Source of the DNA: a virus
Lineage: Duplodnaviria; Heunggongvirae; Uroviricota; Caudoviricetes
Direction: 5' to 3' (one strand)
IMG/VR virus record: IMGVR_UViG_3300020735_000006
Coordinates: 35,950-99,949 of that record
Length of the DNA: 64,000 nucleotides
The position numbers were made by a program, and so were the translations under genes. Position 1 is the first letter of the stretch; each line of letters opens with the position of its first letter. The notes beneath the pieces were generated by a model. It was not told the origin of the DNA and searched no databases. It saw nothing but the letters and a program-made list of their open reading frames with translations. Below are positions 58,627-64,000 of this stretch, piece after piece.

Positions 58627-60948
58627 ATGACGACAATTCAAGTCACAAAAAGAAACGGACAAAAAGAGCCGTTAGCAGTAGAAAAGTGGCAGGCACAAAT
58701 TACAAAGGTGTGCAGTGGCATAGCAGATGTAAGTCAATCCATGATTGAAATCAAAAGTCAGCCGCACTTTTTTGATGGCATTACAACAAAAGAAATAGAT
58801 GAAATTACATTACGAGCGATTGTAGACTTAATCGACGTAGAAGCAAATCCCGATGTCGGACACGTTAACTATCAATACGTAGCAGGCAAACAGCGTTTGT
58901 CAATGTTACGTAAGGATGTTTATGGCAACTACGAGCCTCCTCGCCTGTATGACATTGTTAAAACAAATGTAGCCACAGGTCTTTACACAGATGAATTATT
59001 ATCTTGGTACACTGAAGAAGAGTGGGACAAGATGGATGCTATGTTAGATCATAGCAAAGATGAACTATACAGTTATGCCGCTATTGAACAGCTAATTGAA
59101 AAATACCTAGTACGTAATCGCGCTACAAAGGAAACATATGAAACTCCACAAATTCGTTACATGGTTGCAGCCGCTACTGTGTTCCACAAAGAAGAACCTA
59201 GTAGTGCCCGCTTGCGTTACATTAAAGAGTACTACAATGCAGCAAGCGATGGCTTATTTACTCTTGCTACTCCTGTGCTTGCTGGACTGGGAACCCCTAC
59301 TAAGCAATTTTCAAGTTGTGTGCTTATCCGCAGCGACGATGATTTGGATTCTATATTTGCCTCAGGTGAGATGATGGCCAAGTATGCCAGTAAACGTGCA
59401 GGCATTGGTTTAGAAATTGGTCGGTTACGTCCTTTGGGATCGCCTATCCGTGGCGGCGAAATTATGCACACTGGCATGATTCCATTCTTAAAGAAATGGT
59501 TTGGTGATTTACGTTCATGTTCACAAGGTGGCATTCGTAATGCTAGTGCTACAGTATTTTACCCTATTTGGCATCATCAGTTTGATGACCTAATTGTATT
59601 GAAGAACAATCAAGGTACAGACGAAACACGTGTACGCTTTATGGACTATGGTGTTGTACTAAGTGCATTGTTCTGGCGTCGTTTCAAGAACAAAGAAAAC
59701 ATTACCTTCTTTGATCCAAATGAAGTTCCTGATTTGTATCAAGCGTTCTATAGTAATATTGAACTGTTTGAAGACTTATATGTCAAGTACGAAAAGCGTA
59801 CAGACCTGCGTAAGAAAACAATGTCGGCAGAAGAAGTATTCAAAGGCGGCATACTAAAAGAACGTACAGACACAGGACGTATCTATCTTGTGTTCATTGA
59901 TAATGTACAAAAGCAAGGACCGTTTGATCCAGAGTATCATACTATCTATCAATCGAACTTGTGCTGTGAAATTTTATTACCAACTAAATCCTTTAAACGC
60001 TTAGATGACGAAGAAGGCCGCATTGCATTGTGTACACTAGGCAGTATTAACTGGGGTGCTTTCCGTAACCCAGAAGATATGCGCCGTGCGTGTCGCATCT
60101 TACATCGCAGTCTTAACAATATTTTGGATTATCAAGACTTCTTGTCAATTCAAAGTAAACTAAGCAACGACGAAATTCGTCCGTTGGGTATTGGTATTAC
60201 TAACTTGGCTTATTGGCATGCTAAACGCAGTTATAAGTATGGAGAGAAAGATGCTCTACATGATGTTAAATCATGGATGGAACACCAAGCCTACTACCTA
60301 ACTGAAGCTAGTGTCGAGTTAGCCAAGGAACGTGGCGCTTGTGTAGATTCTGCTCGAACACGTTATGGCCAAGGCGTCTTCCCGTGGGAGTTACGTGCCG
60401 AGGGTGTAAATCAATTAACAGACTTTACTCCTGAGTTAGATTGGGAAACACTAAGAACCAACATGAAACAATATGGTGTGCGTAATGCCACCCAGATGGC
60501 AGTTGCCCCAGTTGAGTCCAGTAGTGTTGTAATTAATTCTACCAACGGTATTGAAATGCCAATGAGTTTAATTAGTACCAAAGAATCAAAAGCAGGTTCA
60601 CTTACACAAGTTGTTCCTGAATATGCTAAACTTAAAAACAAATATCAATTGATGTGGGAACAAAAAGACTGTGCGGCATACTTAAAGACAGCGGCAGTTA
60701 TTGCGGCCTATGTTGATCAGAGCATAAGTACTAATACATTCTATTCGCCGAAGCATTTTCCGAACCGCAAAGTACCTGCGACACTGATTGCTAAGAATTT
60801 AATGCAAGCACAAATGTGGGGGCTTAAGACATTTTACTACTCACTAATTGATAAACAAGGAGCAAAAGCAGAAGCCGAAGAAGCTCCTGTTATGTTAGAA
60901 GAGATTGATTTTGATAATGAAGAAGATTGTATCGCCTGTAAATTATAA
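58627..60948 (+). CDS. nrdA: Ribonucleoside-diphosphate reductase alpha subunit (class Ia), with ATP-cone
   Basis: N-terminal ATP-cone (VTKRNGQKEPLAVEKWQAQI). Active-site region NLCCEI. C-terminal CIACKL cysteine pair. 773 aa. Confidence 0.9.
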   Translation: MTTIQVTKRNGQKEPLAVEKWQAQITKVCSGIADVSQSMIEIKSQPHFFDGITTKEIDEITLRAIVDLIDVEANPDVGHVNYQYVAGKQRLSMLRKDVYGNYEPPRLYDIVKTNVATGLYTDELLSWYTEEEWDKMDAMLDHSKDELYSYAAIEQLIEKYLVRNRATKETYETPQIRYMVAAATVFHKEEPSSARLRYIKEYYNAASDGLFTLATPVLAGLGTPTKQFSSCVLIRSDDDLDSIFASGEMMAKYASKRAGIGLEIGRLRPLGSPIRGGEIMHTGMIPFLKKWFGDLRSCSQGGIRNASATVFYPIWHHQFDDLIVLKNNQGTDETRVRFMDYGVVLSALFWRRFKNKENITFFDPNEVPDLYQAFYSNIELFEDLYVKYEKRTDLRKKTMSAEEVFKGGILKERTDTGRIYLVFIDNVQKQGPFDPEYHTIYQSNLCCEILLPTKSFKRLDDEEGRIALCTLGSINWGAFRNPEDMRRACRILHRSLNNILDYQDFLSIQSKLSNDEIRPLGIGITNLAYWHAKRSYKYGEKDALHDVKSWMEHQAYYLTEASVELAKERGACVDSARTRYGQGVFPWELRAEGVNQLTDFTPELDWETLRTNMKQYGVRNATQMAVAPVESSSVVINSTNGIEMPMSLISTKESKAGSLTQVVPEYAKLKNKYQLMWEQKDCAAYLKTAAVIAAYVDQSISTNTFYSPKHFPNRKVPATLIAKNLMQAQMWGLKTFYYSLIDKQGAKAEAEEAPVMLEEIDFDNEEDCIACKL

Positions 60949-61643
60949 TGAACTATCAACTAATTTATAATAATCTAATAGACCGTGCAATAACACGCAT
61001 AAACGAGGGATATGTTGAAAAACATCATATTGTTCCTCGTTGTTTGGGTGGCACTGATGTTAAAAACAATATTGTAAGTTTATATCCTGAAGAACATTAT
61101 TTGGCCCACTTACTATTATGTAAGATACATAAAGGCAATGCAAAGCTATTATATGCCGCATTAAATATGACGTCAGGGTCAATGATTAACAACGGTAAAC
61201 GTAACAATAAAGCCTATGGATGGTTGCGTAGACAATATTCTGAATCTATGTCCGGTGATAACAATCCTAATAGACGTAATCCAGAAATACAAAAGAAAGC
61301 GGCATTAAAACGTACTGGGCAAAAACGCACAGAAGAAACAAAGGCAAGAATGTCTGCGGCCCAAAAGGGCAGAACATTTTCTGAAGAAACTAAAAAGAAA
61401 ATGTCTGAGGCGGTTAAAAATAGACCCCCTATATCAGATGAAACAAGAAAGAAACTCTCGGAAAGTTCCGCCGGAAGAATCGGCCCGTGGGCAGGAAAAA
61501 CAATGTCAGCAGAGATAAAGGCTAAAATGTCTGCTTCTCGAACAGGCAAAAAGATGTCCGAGGAAGCAAAAGCAAAAATGAGAGTTGCTGCAAAAATTAG
61601 AGAAGAAAATAAACGTAAACAAAGAGAAAACAACCATGAGTAA
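60948..61643 (+). CDS. HNH homing endonuclease with NUMOD3 repeats
   Basis: HHIVPRCLGGTDVKNNIVSLYPEEHYLAH is an HNH motif. Five C-terminal repeats (e.g. SEETKKKMSEAVKNR) match NUMOD3 DNA-binding motifs. Confidence 0.8.
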   Translation: MNYQLIYNNLIDRAITRINEGYVEKHHIVPRCLGGTDVKNNIVSLYPEEHYLAHLLLCKIHKGNAKLLYAALNMTSGSMINNGKRNNKAYGWLRRQYSESMSGDNNPNRRNPEIQKKAALKRTGQKRTEETKARMSAAQKGRTFSEETKKKMSEAVKNRPPISDETRKKLSESSAGRIGPWAGKTMSAEIKAKMSASRTGKKMSEEAKAKMRVAAKIREENKRKQRENNHE

Positions 61644-62739
61644 AGCACAGTACGATCTTTCAAAACCAACCAACTATTTAAAACGAACAATGTTTTTAGA
61701 TCCAGCCGGTCCGGTCACCGTTCAGAGATTTGAAGAATTTAAGTATCCTAAAATTGCTAATTTTGAACAGCAACAAAGAGGATTCTTTTGGGTGCCGGAA
61801 GAGATTAGTTTAACTAAAGATTCAAATGACTTCAAAGACGCAAGTGATGCAGTCAAACATATCTTCACAAGTAACTTACTACGTCAAACGGCATTAGACA
61901 GTTTACAAGGACGTGGTCCTGTGCAAGTGTTTAGTCCGTGTGTAAGTCTTCCGGAATTAGAATCATTGGTGCTAATATGGTCGATGTTTGAAACAAACAT
62001 TCATAGTAAAAGTTACAGTCATATTATTCGTAATATCTATAATGTACCTAAGGATGTGTTCAACACCATCCACGACACTAAAGAAATTGTAGACATGGCG
62101 AGTAGTGTAGGCAACTACTATGATCAACTACATAAAATTAACTGTGCTAAAGAACTAGGGGATACCAATGTCTCCGAAACACATCATATCAAAGCAATCT
62201 GGATGGCATTACATGCCAGCTATGCTTTAGAAGCATTCCGCTTTATGGTATCGTTTGCTACAAGTTTAGCAATGGTTGAGAATCGTATCTTTATGGGTAA
62301 CGGTAATATTATTTCATTAATCCTACAAGATGAGTTACTGCATAAAGGATGGACAGCTTACTTAATCAATCAAGTAATTAAAGATGACAGTCGCTTTGCC
62401 TCTATTAAAGGCGAGTGTGAAGCAGAAGTGTATCAGTTATATATGGATGTTATCCGTGAGGAGAAAGCCTGGGCTGACTACTTGTTTAATAAAGGTCCTG
62501 TGATTGGTTTAAATGCCAATATCCTTAAGGATTTCGTTGATTATACCGCAGTTGGTGCACTAAAAGACATCGGTATTAAGTACCAAGCACCTGCGCCTAA
62601 GACAACGCCTATTCCTTGGTTTAACAAGCATACAGATACGAGTAAGAAACAAACAGCATTACAAGAATCAGAAAGTACGTCCTACGTTATTGGTGTTATG
62701 AGTGACGCAATTGACTATGACGCATTACCGAGTTTATAA
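61636..62739 (+). CDS. nrdB: Ribonucleoside-diphosphate reductase beta subunit
   Basis: Start set to the ATG at 61636 (MSKAQYDL…). Di-iron/tyrosyl ferritin-like fold with EELLH-type helices (LQDELLHKG). Overlaps the end of the HNH gene by 8 nt. Confidence 0.85.
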   Translation: MSKAQYDLSKPTNYLKRTMFLDPAGPVTVQRFEEFKYPKIANFEQQQRGFFWVPEEISLTKDSNDFKDASDAVKHIFTSNLLRQTALDSLQGRGPVQVFSPCVSLPELESLVLIWSMFETNIHSKSYSHIIRNIYNVPKDVFNTIHDTKEIVDMASSVGNYYDQLHKINCAKELGDTNVSETHHIKAIWMALHASYALEAFRFMVSFATSLAMVENRIFMGNGNIISLILQDELLHKGWTAYLINQVIKDDSRFASIKGECEAEVYQLYMDVIREEKAWADYLFNKGPVIGLNANILKDFVDYTAVGALKDIGIKYQAPAPKTTPIPWFNKHTDTSKKQTALQESESTSYVIGVMSDAIDYDALPSL

Positions 62740-62751
62740 GAAGGAAATGAA

Positions 62752-62976
62752 ATGAAAGCCATAGTATGGTCAAAGGATGCCTGTCCTTTTTGTGTTCAGG
62801 CAAAAGCATTATTAGAATCACGAGGCATTGACTACGAAGAACGTAATGTAATGCACGAATGGACTAAAGAGCAATTATTAGAAGCAGTACCAACCGCACG
62901 TACATTACCGCAGATTTTTTTAGATGACGTATATATTGGTGGTTTTACAGAACTTAGAAAACAATTACAAGGATAA
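62752..62976 (+). CDS. Glutaredoxin-like protein (NrdH/T4 NrdC-like redoxin)
   Basis: KDACPFCVQAK CxxC active site within a 74-aa thioredoxin fold. Immediately downstream of nrdB. RBS AAGGAAA. Confidence 0.8.
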   Translation: MKAIVWSKDACPFCVQAKALLESRGIDYEERNVMHEWTKEQLLEAVPTARTLPQIFLDDVYIGGFTELRKQLQG

Positions 62977-62978
62977 TT

Positions 62979-63290
62979 ATGTTAATCAACAAAGGATACT
63001 CCGAAGGAGATATCGTGTGTTTCAAAATGGTAACTGGTGACGAGATTGTTGCTAAAATTGTAAAAACAAACCCAGATGGATATGTGGTAAACCGTCCTTG
63101 CACAGTTATTCCTAGTAATCAGGGATTGGGATTGATGCAAAGCCTGATTTCTGCGGATATAAATACTAATGTAACGTTGAAATATGAGCATATTATTATG
63201 CACGGTCCCGTAATTACAGATATTGAAAATCACTATATCCGTACAACAACTGGAATTCAACCAGCCACTAAAGGCGGAATAATTACTTAA
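62979..63290 (+). CDS. Hypothetical protein
   Basis: 103-aa ORF. Confidence 0.45.
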   Translation: MLINKGYSEGDIVCFKMVTGDEIVAKIVKTNPDGYVVNRPCTVIPSNQGLGLMQSLISADINTNVTLKYEHIIMHGPVITDIENHYIRTTTGIQPATKGGIIT

Positions 63291-63292
63291 AA

Positions 63293-63622
63293 ATGTCAGT
63301 ACCTATTGCAGTCGTTGGGATACCATCATCTATTGCTGGATTTCCACCACCCCCGGGGACTATTGCGGTCGGTGCTGCAACAGTACGGGCCGGTCCGTCG
63401 GGTTTGCCGGTAGCTACAGTTGGATCATTGACTACGATACATGGTAATCCATATGATCCAAAAGCACCTGGATATAATCCAGTGTGTGCAGCAGCCACTA
63501 TCTCACAGGGTATTCCCAATATAATGGTAGAAGGTAGACCAGTTGCAATGCTGGGTGCCGCGTGTACTTGTGGTCAACATTTTGTTACCCAAGGAATTCC
63601 TAATGTATATGTGGGACCTTAA
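63293..63622 (+). CDS. PAAR-repeat-like spike-tip protein (gp5.4-like)
   Basis: 109 aa, Gly/Pro/Ala/Val-rich. Blocks like RPVAMLGAACTCG and GIPNVYV resemble PAAR-domain repeats. Confidence 0.45.
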   Translation: MSVPIAVVGIPSSIAGFPPPPGTIAVGAATVRAGPSGLPVATVGSLTTIHGNPYDPKAPGYNPVCAAATISQGIPNIMVEGRPVAMLGAACTCGQHFVTQGIPNVYVGP

Positions 63623-63625
63623 TCA

Positions 63626-64000
63626 ATGACTACTGCACTATCGTTAAATGCTCAAAGCATAATTAATAATGGCGGCGGTCTGTCGACCTCAGCTAATCTA
63701 TTATCTCAAGTTTCTACATACCAAGCCCACCCGTTATTGGCTACTATGGCCAACACTTATTCTACAGCAACAGCATCTAATGCCAATGTAATACTATTAA
63801 ATTCATTGTCTAGCATTGGCTCGGGAGTTACTAAAGGACAGTGGCTCATTGATGCATACCCTAGTAATATTACCCCAATATGTAGCGGTGCAGTAAACTC
63901 TAAGAGCTTTAGTACAACCTTATACAATCAATTTACATTGCCTTTTGCTAATGGTATGGCTGGATTTGCTAATGTGTTTTTAAATGTTTATTCTAGTATG
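63626..64000 (+). CDS. Hypothetical protein, 5' part (runs off window)
   Basis: Open frame of 125 codons from the ATG at 63626 to the window end. Confidence 0.4.
   Translation, partial: MTTALSLNAQSIINNGGGLSTSANLLSQVSTYQAHPLLATMANTYSTATASNANVILLNSLSSIGSGVTKGQWLIDAYPSNITPICSGAVNSKSFSTTLYNQFTLPFANGMAGFANVFLNVYSSM

Noticed and set aside
61214-61690. 158-aa minus-strand ORF opposite the HNH endonuclease
   Set aside because: Antisense to the NUMOD3 repeat region, and the repeats themselves create the open frame. The HNH and NUMOD3 motifs on the + strand are convincing.

Overview
Bottom line: this 64 kb window looks like a segment of a large AT-rich T4-like lytic phage of a Gram-negative host. The most novel content is a roughly 23 kb phage-borne sugar-modification island that includes a RuBisCO-like protein (form IV). 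Also notable are an omega-like (RpoZ) protein, a possible structured RNA between two tRNAs, and host-type envelope proteins.

Main evidence for the phage assignment: the reading shows tight +strand gene packing with short overlaps, many small ORFs behind repeated sigma70-type promoters, tail-fibre and PAAR-like genes, and a homing endonuclease between nrdA and nrdB.

Replication and nucleotide-metabolism module:
- DnaB/gp41-like helicase and a zinc-finger/toprim primase.
- UvsW-like SF2 helicase.
- Class Ia ribonucleotide reductase nrdA and nrdB, separated by an HNH/NUMOD3 homing endonuclease and followed by a glutaredoxin.
- dCMP deaminase.

Structural and late genes: a tail fibre with a conserved N-terminal motif, a PAAR-like spike tip, and an acidic Gly-rich scaffold-like protein. 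Two exact TATAAATA boxes and several CATAAATA near-matches sit upstream of these, resembling T4 late promoters.

Early region (27.1-31.6 kb): small ORFs, each behind an almost perfect TTGACC-N17-TATAAT promoter; a tandem triplet of mutually overlapping small paralogs; and an AAA-type ATPase. A bacterial-type groES-groEL operon with its own promoter and terminator lies just upstream (25.0-27.1 kb).

Two tRNAs at 8.69-9.13 kb bracket a 219 bp segment closed by a perfect 20 bp inverted repeat, which may be a structured RNA.

Sugar-modification region (2-25 kb): tandem radical-SAM paralogs and a PP-loop amidotransferase-like ATPase; NDP-sugar dehydratases, an epimerase and a UXS-like enzyme; a sugar nucleotidyltransferase, a cupin, and C- and O-methyltransferases; several glycosyltransferases including GT9- and GT17-like; a GDPD-like esterase; and a RuBisCO-like protein (form IV). 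The same region carries host-like envelope proteins: a porin, an OmpA-family protein and two TctC/Bug-like periplasmic binding proteins. It also carries a small protein resembling the RNA polymerase omega subunit.

All functional calls come from motif reading of the translations. No database search was possible.
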